DNA from: Alloascoidea hylecoeti
Lineage: Eukaryota
Assembly (NCBI GenBank): GCA_001600815.1
Contig: BCKZ01000008.1
Coordinates: 961,885-1,025,884 of the forward strand
Direction of reading: 5' to 3'
Length of the DNA: 64,000 nucleotides
A program made the position numbers and the translations under genes. The notes under the pieces are model-generated. The model saw only the letters and a program-made list of their open reading frames with translations, searched no databases and had not been told where the DNA came from. This document shows, in pieces, positions 24,473 to 35,314 of this stretch; position 1 is the first letter of the stretch; every line of letters begins with the position of its first letter.

Positions 24473-24733
24473 TTATAGCCAGCTTACATAAGCAGAGTAT
24501 ATTTTTGTTCTGTTGCAGAAGATCAAACCATATATAAATTTAATAATTACTCGGTTCCTACCTATTTTAAAAAAAGGTCTTCCAAAGGGCGAAAGATTCA
24601 CAATTAATTGACAAAAAATAATCAATTTTTTCTTCAAAATCGGCGAAAAGTCATGCATGTAAACACACAGATTACCTCTGAATGGCCCAATGTTAATTCC
24701 CCACCATATAACGAGCGAATAGCTAGTATTCAT
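24473..24733 (-). mobile_element. Second decayed Tc1-like DDE fragment
   Basis: LVIWWGINIGP..., VYMHDFSPIL and NLSPFG resemble Tc1 'VMVWG.I...GP', 'MQDNAPIH' and 'DLNPIE' with internal deletions. Confidence 0.35.
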
Positions 24734-25734
24734 GTAATTAGAATATTTTCTACTTAAGTATAATTTGTTAATTTTACTATTGGTTTATATTAAGATAAGC
24801 ACGTGCTCATGAATATTTTTATACGGAGATGATGAATGAATATTAATTGCATTATTTTATGATCTAGAAATAGACTAGATATAATCTAGATCATGTAAAT
24901 AATATTAAAAAAGTTCCCGGATTTGGTATATCGTTATTATCGACTAATTATAATTCGGCAAACTAATCTTTAAATCCTTCCTAGATATATCACATTGGTT
25001 ATGATGTAGTTATTCACAACTCTGCCTGGGATTGCTATAAGGAGATAAGGTCGAGACAATGTCTCGATAACAACTTAACAAGAATGATATCATGACAATT
25101 AAGCTGGTTTTGAAATATAAATCTTCCGCGGCCGGATTATGAGTCTAAAATTATAATTAATGGCGTTTATCTGAGAATCTGGGATTATAATTTTCGGCCA
25201 TTGATGCATAAGGTCATTTCTATATATAAGGACTATCTAGATCTCTACAATATCACTACTATCATTTACATTATCCGATTGCAATTCAAACTAGGCTATG
25301 TTTGGGGTTGTTAGCCAATGTTAGCACTATTTCGTCCTCCCTTTTCATCGATTCCAAACTTACTCTATTAATACCCTACCGGTTGGGATAAGAAAATTAA
25401 AATTAATTATAAAAAATTGAAAATTAAAGGTGATCATGATCATGAACAATTGAAATGATAATATAATAATTATTAATCAAGTTTTATAAAACATGATACG
25501 GTACTTATAATAGTAACTTCCAGAATCTTCAGACTTAATTACTTCGCCTCTTTATCAGATGTTAATCGGTATATAAAGTTTAATTATCCCACCATTACCT
25601 TTCTTACTTTTATTATTTTATCAAATATTTTCCTCTGTGTGTTCCTTACCACAAATCGCAACTCTTGATAAATAAAAAAAAATACAAAACACAAAATCCA
25701 ATTAAACAATACTACAAAGCTACAACAGATAAAA

Positions 25735-25911
25735 ATGCAATTCAAAAAGATCGTTATTGCCCTCGCTTCAGTTTCAGCAGTTTTCGCCGCAAATAATTCA
25801 TCAAATAATTCATCAAATAGTACAACTACAGCCGGAGCTCCAGGAAGTGTTGCTGTACCTGCTGGTATTGTTGGTGCTGCAGTCGCAGGTATCGTTGCTA
25901 TTCTCTTCTAG
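25735..25911 (+). CDS. 58-aa secreted, probably GPI-anchored small protein (YDR524C-B/YCL048W-A-like); missed by ORF track
   Basis: MQFKKIVIALASVSAVFAANNSSNNSSNSTTTAGAPGSVAVPAGIVGAAVAGIVAILF: signal peptide, N-glycosylation sequons and hydrophobic C-terminal GPI signal. A-rich start context and TATATAAA at ~25571. Confidence 0.85.
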   Translation: MQFKKIVIALASVSAVFAANNSSNNSSNSTTTAGAPGSVAVPAGIVGAAVAGIVAILF

Positions 25912-26296
25912 ACAAATTACTACTGGTCAATTGACTTTATTATAACAATGGGGTGTTTTTCCCTTATCTATGGATATATTAATGATATATGGTTGTGTTA
26001 GAAATGTTATTTAACTGCTTTCTATATTTAATTTACTTTAATTTAATTTAACTTCTCTCCTTAACAAATAGCTGGGTAAAAATTAGTGCACGTGCACTGT
26101 AGATCAGCCTACTTCTTTTAGGAATAGTTTCTGATATTCTACGTACGAGGACGAAAACCGAATAATAGAAGACAGCTTAGCTATGCATTGACTGACAAAA
26201 TTTGAGAGTTTGTCTTCATTGTAGAGTCAGTCTAGGTATGAATTTTAATCATAGGAGAGAGATTCCAAGACAAGGTAGGCGGCATCTTTGTAAACA

Positions 26297-27272
26297 ATGA
26301 AAAAAGAACGAGATTGTTATCGAAACCGTGAAACTGGATTATTTGCTCAACAAGAAGAACAGAAAGAAAAGGTAAGTGAATATAACTTATTATTTATATA
26401 AGTAAAATTGTTTTTGGTACTAATATTATTCATTGTATAAGGATGATTTTACTATATTTATATCCAAATAAGGGGATAGTGATGTTTTAAATTGTTGGTC
26501 AGGTATGGTTAGGACATTCAAAGATACCAACATTCCCTAGCACTATCCCAGTAAAAGTGAGATTCAAACTTTCTGGTACACTTTTTTACAACAATAGGAA
26601 TATTAAGGAATATAGAGGAATAGGACAAGTGGAAAGCAACTCATAAAGGATTTGATGGACATATTCAAAGTTGATTCCGGGTATCATTTTACAAAGAACT
26701 ACTATAAAGATGCCTGAGTTTTATTCAGCTGTTCAGATTCGAAAGAAATAAAAACAATAATTGCAGGTATGAGCCATTTTCTATGGTATTGAATGAATGA
26801 CCATGTTATTGATTTAGAAAAAGGATTATCATTTTCTAGGATAGCCTAATCGATTGTGAAGGAACGCTTACATTGCGATATATACGTTTTGTGGAAAATT
26901 TCGTTATCGATTATTATCATATTCATATTCATAAATACTCTTTTTCATAAATACTCTTTTTCAGATTGGCTTCCTCAGGCCTTAAAGGACAGAAATGAAG
27001 GTGAGGAGGTAAACCAAGAGCAGAATTTTGAATGTGTTCAGAATTTAGGAGATGAGATAATAGAGATGCCTATTGATAAAAATGTTAACGTTGGTGAAAC
27101 TTTGAATGACGGTGAAAATACTCACAATGTGATTCAAGAATTTCGTCGAGCTATATATTGTCTTGAACAGAATGGGAGATGCGAAAATATTATTAGATGG
27201 TTAAAGAGAGAACTTTTGGCTAGATTTTCTGGAAGGAATAGCGGTATGGGAGTTGAATATCCAAGAAACTAA
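26297..27272 (+). pseudogene. Intron-containing gene relic of unknown family
   Basis: ATG 26297, an intron-like GTAAGT...TACTAAT...AAG (26372-26441), then coding-like frames with in-frame stops. The last exon-like segment follows TTTTCAG at ~26964 and runs to the stop at 27272. Confidence 0.3.
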
Positions 27273-27638
27273 TGGTTACCGCAATTTGGGTTCTACTGCA
27301 ATACTGTAGTACTATCTTCATCTTTGTCTTCAAAATTCAATTTGGAATCAAACTCATTTCACATATCAATATAAATATCTCGTCTCGATCTTTCTTAATT
27401 CGATTTTTAACAGAAGGCTTAATGAGATATTTCAGAAAAATCCACCGTTTTAAGATATTGATGTATTATTATTATGGGATTTACAAAACCCCGAAAGAAA
27501 AAAAAATCATGCAAAACTTCCGGAGTATGAATTTTAGTCTTATAATCATACATTTGCATTGTGTTGTTTATCAACTATTCTTATAATCAAATTAATATGT
27601 ATTAAAGATTTACTTCTCTACATAATATATGTAAGTTA

Positions 27639-28760
27639 TCATTTAGTATCAGAAGGCCTAATAACTAATTTTTCATTAGATACTTTATCATCTTTAGATA
27701 ATAAATATCCAGCAATAATTGAATTAAATCCATTTGGAAGTACTTTAATTGGAATATGTTTAATTAATCCTTTATTGAGAGCATCAGCAACCATCGGTTT
27801 AATAATTTTAACAAATTCTGCAATTTCTGGATTAGAAACTTTTTTAACTCTTGACTGAAATGGATAAAAAGGATCACCAAATGAAAAATATGCATTTGTT
27901 TGTGTAATTTTAACATTTGATTTAAGGTTTTTAATATCTTTTGATTTAACTTCTAATAAATTATCCAATATAACAGGTTTTGTTGAAGAAACTGAATCAT
28001 GGGTTAATTTTATAGTATTTGGTAATGAAATTGTATCTAAAGCATAAACAATATTTTCACCACTAATTGATTTAATTTGTTCAACAACATCAATATCATG
28101 ATAATCAAAAATAAAATCAGCTCCTAAATTTTTTAATTCATCATGATTTTTTTTTGATGCAGTTGTAATAACTTTCCATCCAATTAATTTACCAAATTGA
28201 ATTGCAATTTGCCCTGTTGATGAAGAACCACCCCAAATTAATAAATATTTTTCAGATTCTTCTGGTTTTGATTTACTTAATCCAAATGTTCCTCCTAAAT
28301 TATGAAGTAAACTAATTATAATAGTTACTAAAGAAACTCCTAATGATGAAGCACCTTCAAAAGTAGTTGGAATACCTCTTGGAATATCATTAGATTCTGA
28401 TTTTTTTAAATTATTCAATTTAAAAAATGTTTGAGATTTAACTGCAGCATATTGTGCAAAAGATCCAGTATCTGGTCTAGCTTTATTTGAACCATATACA
28501 AAACCAATTCCAGTATCATCAACTGAGATATCAGTAACCTCAGACCCAATTTTTACTACAATACCAGCTAGATCACAACCTGCGATGGCATCAGGTACAG
28601 ATAAGCCAAAAAAGAGATGTTTCCAATCTGTTGAGTTAATTGCAGCAGCTTCGACTTTAACAAGGACTTCATTTGGTTTTATGGATGGGACTGGAACTTC
28701 CTTCATGATAAGGGAATCTGTTCCAGTGACAGCGGCTGTTTGTTGTGATGGAATTGGCAT
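27639..28760 (-). CDS. Zinc-type alcohol dehydrogenase-like / enoyl-reductase-like MDR protein (YNL134C/YCR102C family); ATG 28760
   Basis: EVLVKVEAAAINSTDWKH, GCDLAG.V, GSFAQYA, LIWGGSSSTGQ.AIQ and LGADFIFDYHD. Confidence 0.88.
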   Translation of the reverse strand: MPIPSQQTAAVTGTDSLIMKEVPVPSIKPNEVLVKVEAAAINSTDWKHLFFGLSVPDAIAGCDLAGIVVKIGSEVTDISVDDTGIGFVYGSNKARPDTGSFAQYAAVKSQTFFKLNNLKKSESNDIPRGIPTTFEGASSLGVSLVTIIISLLHNLGGTFGLSKSKPEESEKYLLIWGGSSSTGQIAIQFGKLIGWKVITTASKKNHDELKNLGADFIFDYHDIDVVEQIKSISGENIVYALDTISLPNTIKLTHDSVSSTKPVILDNLLEVKSKDIKNLKSNVKITQTNAYFSFGDPFYPFQSRVKKVSNPEIAEFVKIIKPMVADALNKGLIKHIPIKVLPNGFNSIIAGYLLSKDDKVSNEKLVIRPSDTK

Positions 28761-29792
28761 TTGATTTTCAATTGATGATAAATTTGAAAAGAACACATGG
28801 GGTTGAGCTTGGTCTTTTATACTGCACTGTTATAATAATATATGAAGATGGTGATAACTTTGATGGTGTTGATTATGATAATACCATAGAAACTTGCATT
28901 GCTTATTAATTATATTCGAAGAAAAAAAACCGATGTTAGCGAAGCTTGATCAACCAAGCGGAAAATTGCTTTCTTTACCATGCGGAATTAGCGGAACAGA
29001 TCACACAATTATAGCTTCTTCATAATTGTATGAATTTGGTGAAAGATTATTAATAAATGAATTTCACCTGAAATTTTAAATTCAAAGCTTAAGGAGGTTT
29101 TAAATGTAATACTTGTTTGAATAAACAGATCGGATTCTTAATCAATATTGATTATAAATCAGACAATATACAATAAACAAAATACACTATGAATAGTCCC
29201 TTAAACCTGCAGGTGTCGATTTCTCAATATTAATATTAATCGTTATTTAATTTTAAATTCGTAGAAATTTAATTATTATATATTAGTTGACTGGCGGTAC
29301 GTATTAAATTGGTAACATGTAGTTATTCTTTAGCTATAAACCCCAATATCTTGCATCCCCCCAAAAAAAGATAATTAGGAACATGCTCCAAAAGTTTTCA
29401 ATTCAAATAAAGAACTTTAATTGAGATCTCCCAATTCCATTAATTGTTCAGAAGGTTAAGAACGGAACGCAACTTCTTTTGTAACTCACATAATAGACCA
29501 ACCACAATTCCTTATGCTACCTACTAATATTTTTCAAGAATTGAACGAACCACGGGTTTCATATTACTTGCAGTTTAATTTACTGGCTTCCAGGGCACAA
29601 AAGATGTTGCAATTGCATATGGATGGTCTGCTTATTAAAATAAACCTAAGGACCCGACGTTAAATTTGGAGACCATATCGCACTATTTTGTTATTTAAAG
29701 AGCAGTCCAATAGAAATTAAGCGGCCCAATGCTCATGGAATTGATTTCTAGCTTAAAGCCGTATGATACTCGGTACAATAGTAAACTCGGCC

Positions 29793-29906
29793 ACGCGTAA
29801 AATACAGTACGGCTGCATCGAAAAATCGTCTTTTCTGATCTACTTTTTGCAGTATTAGGATACCCGGAAATATGAGTACAAAACTTACGGGATGGAGAAG
29901 ACGCGT
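29793..29906. promoter_or_regulatory. Two MCB elements (ACGCGT at 29793 and 29901) upstream of RFC2
   Basis: Exact MluI cell-cycle boxes 60-170 bp upstream of a DNA-replication gene in very AT-rich DNA. Confidence 0.65.
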
Positions 29907-29962
29907 CCTATTCTTCAATTGATTTCACCCTTTACTCTTAAATACAAACAATCCATATAAAA

Positions 29963-31215
29963 ATGTCAAATTTTTTCCAACCAAAAGGTGGTATCAATAT
30001 ATCCAAAAGAAAGGTAAAAGGCGCCAAAAAATTGGAACCTCGGGTTGTTCCATGGGTTGAAAAATAGTAAGTACTAAATATTAAAACTCTTGATCCTTAT
30101 ATTAACATGTATTTATTAGTCGTCCAAAAAATCTAAATGAAGTATCTGCACAAGATCATGCTGTTCAAGTATTAAGGAAGACTATTCTTAGTGAAAATCT
30201 ACCACATATGTTATTTTATGGTCCACCAGGAACAGGGAAAACATCAACAATTTTAGCATTAACACGAGAATTATATGGTCCAGAATTAATAAAATCTCGA
30301 GTTTTAGAATTAAATGCATCAGATGAACGTGGTATTTCAATAGTTCGAGAAAAAGTTAAAAATTTTGCAAAATTAACAGTATCAAAACCAACACCTGAAC
30401 AAAAATTAAAGTATTCTTGTCCACCATATAAAATCATTATATTAGATGAAGCTGATTCAATGACAAGTGATGCACAATCTGCATTACGTAGAACAATTGA
30501 AACTTATTCAAATATTACAAGATTTTGTTTGGTTTGTAATTATATAACAAGAATAATTGATCCATTAGCTTCAAGATGTTCAAAATTTAGATTTAAAAAA
30601 TTAGATGAATTAAATTCTTTAGAAAGATTAAAATTTATTGCAAATAATGAAAATTTATCATATAATGATAATGTATTAGAAACTATTTTAAAAGTTTCAA
30701 ATGGTGATTTAAGAAAAGCAATAACTTATTTACAATCTGCTGCAAGATTACATTTACAAAAAAATCCAAATACAAATGAATATGATGAAGATGGTGATTT
30801 AATAGTAAAAGATGTAAATATAGTTGATGATAAAAGTACAACAATTACAATTGAAAGTATACAAGAAATTGCAGGAATTATACCAGATCCAATTATAAAT
30901 CAATTATATTCATTAATTAACTCAAATCAATTTGAAAATAGCAACTCAATTTCAAGTTTAAAAATTTCAAATAATAAATTATATTTAAAATTAATTCAAT
31001 TAATTGATAATATTGTTTTATCTGGTTGGAGTGGTTCACAAATTATAAATCAAATTCATGATAAATTAATTTTAAATGATGAAATTAATTCAATTGATAA
31101 AAATAAAATTTCAAATATTTTATTAATAACTGATAAAAGATTAAGTGATGGATCTGATGAACATATTCAATTATTAAATTTATTTGCACAGTTGACAAAA
31201 ATTTTAAATAAATAA
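29963..31215 (+). CDS. RFC2: Replication factor C subunit 2; 2 exons (29963-30066, 30120-31215)
   Basis: Intron 30067-30119 (GTAAGT...TAG) restores PWVEKYRPK. Also GPPGTGKTST, LELNASDERG, PPYKIIILDEADSMT and SRC. Confidence 0.95.
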
Positions 31216-31260
31216 ATAGTAAAGTTCTAACTTTATTTCTAATTATATCTACATCTATAT

Positions 31261-31800
31261 CTATATTGTATAATCTTCCATTCTTGTAGCTTCAGTTAAT
31301 AAACTTAAAGCTTTCCTTAAACTCCAATCAATTTCATTATTATCTATATGTGATAAAACATTTAATTTTTTAGCTTCATTTATTCCATAACTAAATATTT
31401 ACATTGAATAAATAAATGTTAAATCAAAACACCATTCTGGTCCATCATTTAATTCAAATAAAATATCTTTATCATCATCATTATTAATATTTTTAATTAT
31501 CTTTTTAATCCAATATTCTTTTCCATAACATACAACTAATTTTGATAATTTAATAAGTGTAAATGTGATGATATATCTAATGTTGTAAGTATATAATAAA
31601 AATATGATATTATAAAAATATCTTCTTCTTTATTAAAAAAATTCATTTATTGATGGTTGATGAATGCCATCAAAACTACATAGTTCATGTAAACAATGCA
31701 CATCTAAATTTAATATTTCTTTTGTTAATTCATAACGATTATTAAGAGATTATTGTTTATTATCATTTAATGTTGGACCTTTCATTCTTATTATTTCTGG
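31261..31800 (-). pseudogene. GDA1: Pseudogene fragment of Golgi guanosine diphosphatase (C-terminal third)
   Basis: CSFDGIHQPS..F...DIFIISYFY, VCYGKEYW, ELNDGPEWCFDLTFI and EIDWSL..ALSLL, interrupted by stops and frameshifts. No N-terminal apyrase motifs nearby. Confidence 0.72.
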
Positions 31801-32245
31801 TTTCCTATTACCTATAAATTATGAGTGAAATGTGTCTAGATAACTTCGGGAGAGATATATGCTATTTATTTCGTTTAGAACTAGAAATATTAAGTTTATT
31901 ATTAATGAACTTTTCGGGGCTTAATATTCTAATGATAATTAGGAGGGAAGAATTTGACTCATTTTCCGTGAGTACATATACGTATACTCAATGTACTCAT
32001 ATTTTATACTGTAATGATAAGGGGCCTATACAACTGTTTATAGCTACATGTATGTAATGAGATGATATCTCCATTTAACCCCAGTTGAAATTTTGGATAC
32101 GCCACTGATCATACATATTTAGAGATTTTATAAGATAATAATGACTCATAATTAAATAATCATTCAACACATATATGTTCCAATATTCCTCCTTCAATGT
32201 ATTTCATAATATACCGGTATCCACAAAAGGGTAGACAAATGATTC

Positions 32246-34312
32246 ATGTCAAGGAAAAGGAATAGTAAAAGTTTAAGCTCAGGCATGAACGTGTTTGAAG
32301 AAGTTGATCAAGATTATTTACCTGATTGGTCCAGCTTGAGAATACGAAAGACCTCAGAAGAGTCTTCCAGATCTGTAAATATTTCAATCCCACAGTCAAA
32401 TTTAACTATAGAAAACGATGTCAATAACTCGAGGTCAACAACTGCTTCTACAACTTATGCTCAGTCAACCGTTAATGCAACTAATGTAATAGAAGAGGAT
32501 TATCATGAAGCTGCTCCCACAAAAAATTATATCTGGCAGAGAATTTTGCAGACATCCATCAAATTATGGGAGGACGAAGGAACTCCTAATAATATTCATG
32601 AAGATCTTCTGAAGGAGTATTCAATTGGAGAAATTGTTAAAGGTTCCTTTACTCTAACAAATACATCTGAAGAAGAAGTCCGTCTTTATGATTTTTTAGT
32701 CACATTGAATGGAACAGTTAGTGTTCAAAGAAAGAAACCAGATAGCTTTGGGTGTATAACTTCTAAACAAACATTCCTTTATCAAATAGATCATAAAGCA
32801 AGTAATTGGTTTGGTGATAGATCTCACACTTGTAATCAAAGTTCATTAAGTATTGATGAGAATGGCACTATAATTGGCTTACCAGATAGTGGAATTTTAA
32901 AACCAAAGATGAAATTTGTTATACCTTTTCAATTCAAGCTACCATATACTCTGTTAGAAGAACAAAATGAACTCAAATCACATTATTGTCAGATTCCACC
33001 TACTTTTGGAATAGATAAAGATATAATTGGGTATAAAGTAACAGATTGGAAAAGTGATTATCCAGAAATTAATATAGATTCAACTACTGGATATGCAAAA
33101 GTTCCACATCCTGCCAAACCACTTCTAGTTGTTAATGATAAGGCTCCAAAATATTGTTCTGTATCATATACCATTTCTATCAGAATTATTGGATATAATC
33201 ATTTTTCAAAAACTGAACCAGTAGAAATATTAAAAGAAATAAAGCAAAATATTAGAGTCATTTCGACCGGTTATCATTATGATTTTGAAGAAGAAAAGGC
33301 ACAAGACTCCAATTTGTTAGGAATAATAGAAAGGAATCGGAAAAATGTTAATCCTAGCTCCGGATCTAGATCTGGTGTATCTTCTAGTTGCAATTCCAGT
33401 TCGAAAGAAGCTAATATTTTATCAGATATAAACTTAAATACAACAGAAATCCCCAGTTCTTCATTAAACATACAAACTGAAGAAGTTCAAAAAAGTTATA
33501 AATTATCAAAGTATTCAGATAATACGATAAAATTTAATACTTGTATTGGATCTTTAGATTTAAAAGCTAAAGTTCCAAAAAGGGGGTTTCAATACGTTCC
33601 ACCAAAGTGTTTAAAAAAGCTAAACAAAAAAAAAAAATTAAAATCTCCTTTGCCAGGTATTCCTCCTCCTGATTATAATTCTATTCTTCTAGATCCCACG
33701 GATTTGATTCCATCCGACTTTAAAGAACTAAAGGATATTTTGATAACAGTTCAATATCATATGCATCATCCTAGGATTATACCAGTTATTTCACATGTCA
33801 TGACATATCTTAATGTCTTCACTTTTTTCAATAATCAAAGAAATCCGATACTTTTTAATACTGATATGGTCAATAATGGCCTATTATCACATCCAAATAT
33901 TGATGATATTGATGAGTTAAAAGAATTAGATTGGACTGTGTATAGGATACCTCTATGTAAGAAATCCAAATCTCGGAAAAACTTGGCTATAGGAGGTTCA
34001 TCATTGAAAAACTTTGTCTCTCTACTCTCTAACAAATCTACAGTTAATGATTATGAGGAAGACAATAGCATTATTTTATCTGATTGGAAGCTTGATTCAA
34101 AACATGATGATATTTGGGAAAAAGAGATAACAATGAAATTAGATTTCGTTGAATTGATGATAAAACAAAATATTTGCCTTGTACCTAGCTTCCATTCGTC
34201 ATTAATATCAAGAATATATGAGGTTGAATTTGAATTAGAGATGGAGGATCAAATAAAATCAGATTCAAAAATTTCTTTAAAAATACCTGTTCGTATCAGG
34301 AAGATGAATTGA
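32246..34312 (+). CDS. Bul1/Bul2-like Rsp5 adaptor (arrestin-like)
   Basis: LKEYSIGEIVKG..TLTN, FLYQID.KAS.W, IGLPD..ILKP, FQFKLP..LL, IPPTFG (Bul1 N-terminal domain) and LVPSFHSSLISRIY (C-terminal domain). PPDY PY motif. Confidence 0.8.
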   Translation: MSRKRNSKSLSSGMNVFEEVDQDYLPDWSSLRIRKTSEESSRSVNISIPQSNLTIENDVNNSRSTTASTTYAQSTVNATNVIEEDYHEAAPTKNYIWQRILQTSIKLWEDEGTPNNIHEDLLKEYSIGEIVKGSFTLTNTSEEEVRLYDFLVTLNGTVSVQRKKPDSFGCITSKQTFLYQIDHKASNWFGDRSHTCNQSSLSIDENGTIIGLPDSGILKPKMKFVIPFQFKLPYTLLEEQNELKSHYCQIPPTFGIDKDIIGYKVTDWKSDYPEINIDSTTGYAKVPHPAKPLLVVNDKAPKYCSVSYTISIRIIGYNHFSKTEPVEILKEIKQNIRVISTGYHYDFEEEKAQDSNLLGIIERNRKNVNPSSGSRSGVSSSCNSSSKEANILSDINLNTTEIPSSSLNIQTEEVQKSYKLSKYSDNTIKFNTCIGSLDLKAKVPKRGFQYVPPKCLKKLNKKKKLKSPLPGIPPPDYNSILLDPTDLIPSDFKELKDILITVQYHMHHPRIIPVISHVMTYLNVFTFFNNQRNPILFNTDMVNNGLLSHPNIDDIDELKELDWTVYRIPLCKKSKSRKNLAIGGSSLKNFVSLLSNKSTVNDYEEDNSIILSDWKLDSKHDDIWEKEITMKLDFVELMIKQNICLVPSFHSSLISRIYEVEFELEMEDQIKSDSKISLKIPVRIRKMN

Positions 34313-34416
34313 TTATAAATTGGGTTATACATATCTATTTCTAACTCTTTAATGATTCTTAGGTATCATATTTATAGAAGTAAAGTAGAAATATAATTTT
34401 ATTAAGAGATATGNAC

Positions 34417-35097
34417 TTTTTTTTTTTTTTTTTTTGAGGTGGTTATGGTTATGTATCTGCAATAGCCGGATCAGGTATAAAAAAAAAAGGTAAATGAAAT
34501 ATATTATTTTCACCTATTAATATTTCATTATAAACTAAGTAATTTACATTTATTTTTTTGGTATTATTATTCATTTACTTGATATTAATACTTAAGAGTA
34601 TGTCAGTTATTTTTCTGATCACATGTATTGGTTGTCGATTCTTTTCATATATCACTTTTTACCACAGTTAAAATTTCTTCATTTGTTGACTCCAATGTCA
34701 TTATCCCAAATCTTCTTCTGTTCCACATATTTATAATTGCTTCACCGATGTCATTTATTTGGATTAATTTTTTTGTGTTTATTGCCGTATCACAAATCAA
34801 TTCATTTAGCTAGTAATATTTTCTCATAAAATGTTGAAATATGATTTTTTTGGGTCTTGCAAGATTGAAGATGTGATCTTCAGCTTTTACGACTGGTTTG
34901 AGACGTACTATGGATTGTTCTCTGCTTCCATTTTCTTTGAAATTTGGTTAGTTTTTATCCTCCATATTGGATATTTGAGTCCGATGGGTGTAATTTCTCA
35001 AACTTAGTCTATGTAGGAAATGGACACTACCTGGTTTTTCTTTATTGATTTTTTGAAGAATCCCCCATCAGTTCTTCCATTCTGATTCATTTATTTT
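34417..35097 (-). mobile_element. Second 5'-truncated LINE relic of the same family as 18388-19380
   Basis: Reads EWKN*WGILQKINKEKPGSVHFLHRLSLRNYTH...EDHIFN...IGEAIINMWNRRRFG, aligning with NWKKWWGFIKETYKEHPEETQWIHLLSLGYVTH...ILHLFEDC. Stop at 34647-34645. A19 tail candidate at 34417-34435. Confidence 0.68.
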
Positions 35098-35149
35098 TTA
35101 AAAATAAAATTTCCACCCAAAATAAAAAGGTAACGAAATAGAAAAAATA

Positions 35150-35223
35150 TGATTTAACCCAGGATCGAACTGGGGACGTTCTGCGTGTTAAGCAGATGCC
35201 ATAACCAACTAGACCATCAAACC
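35150..35223 (-). tRNA. tRNA-Val(AAC), intronless
   Basis: rc GGTTTGATGGTCTAGTTGGTTATGGCATCTGCTTAACACGCAGAACGTCCCCAGTTCGATCCTGGGTTAAATCA folds as a cloverleaf with anticodon AAC, followed by a T6 terminator. Confidence 0.96.
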
Positions 35224-35314
35224 AATGCGTTGTGATAATGTAATTATTACCTAAGGTTTATGTAATGATATACATTTAAACCTCCTAATAATTGTCACCA
35301 ACTTCAACATTAAG

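Noticed and set aside
29380..29700. IENFWS on the minus strand resembles Tc1 'PIENLW'
   Set aside because: Single short motif with no supporting DDE motifs or TIR.
34414..34414. Single N next to the T19 run
   Set aside because: Assembly ambiguity, not biology. It does weaken the assignment of the run as the LINE poly(A) tail and hides any TSD.
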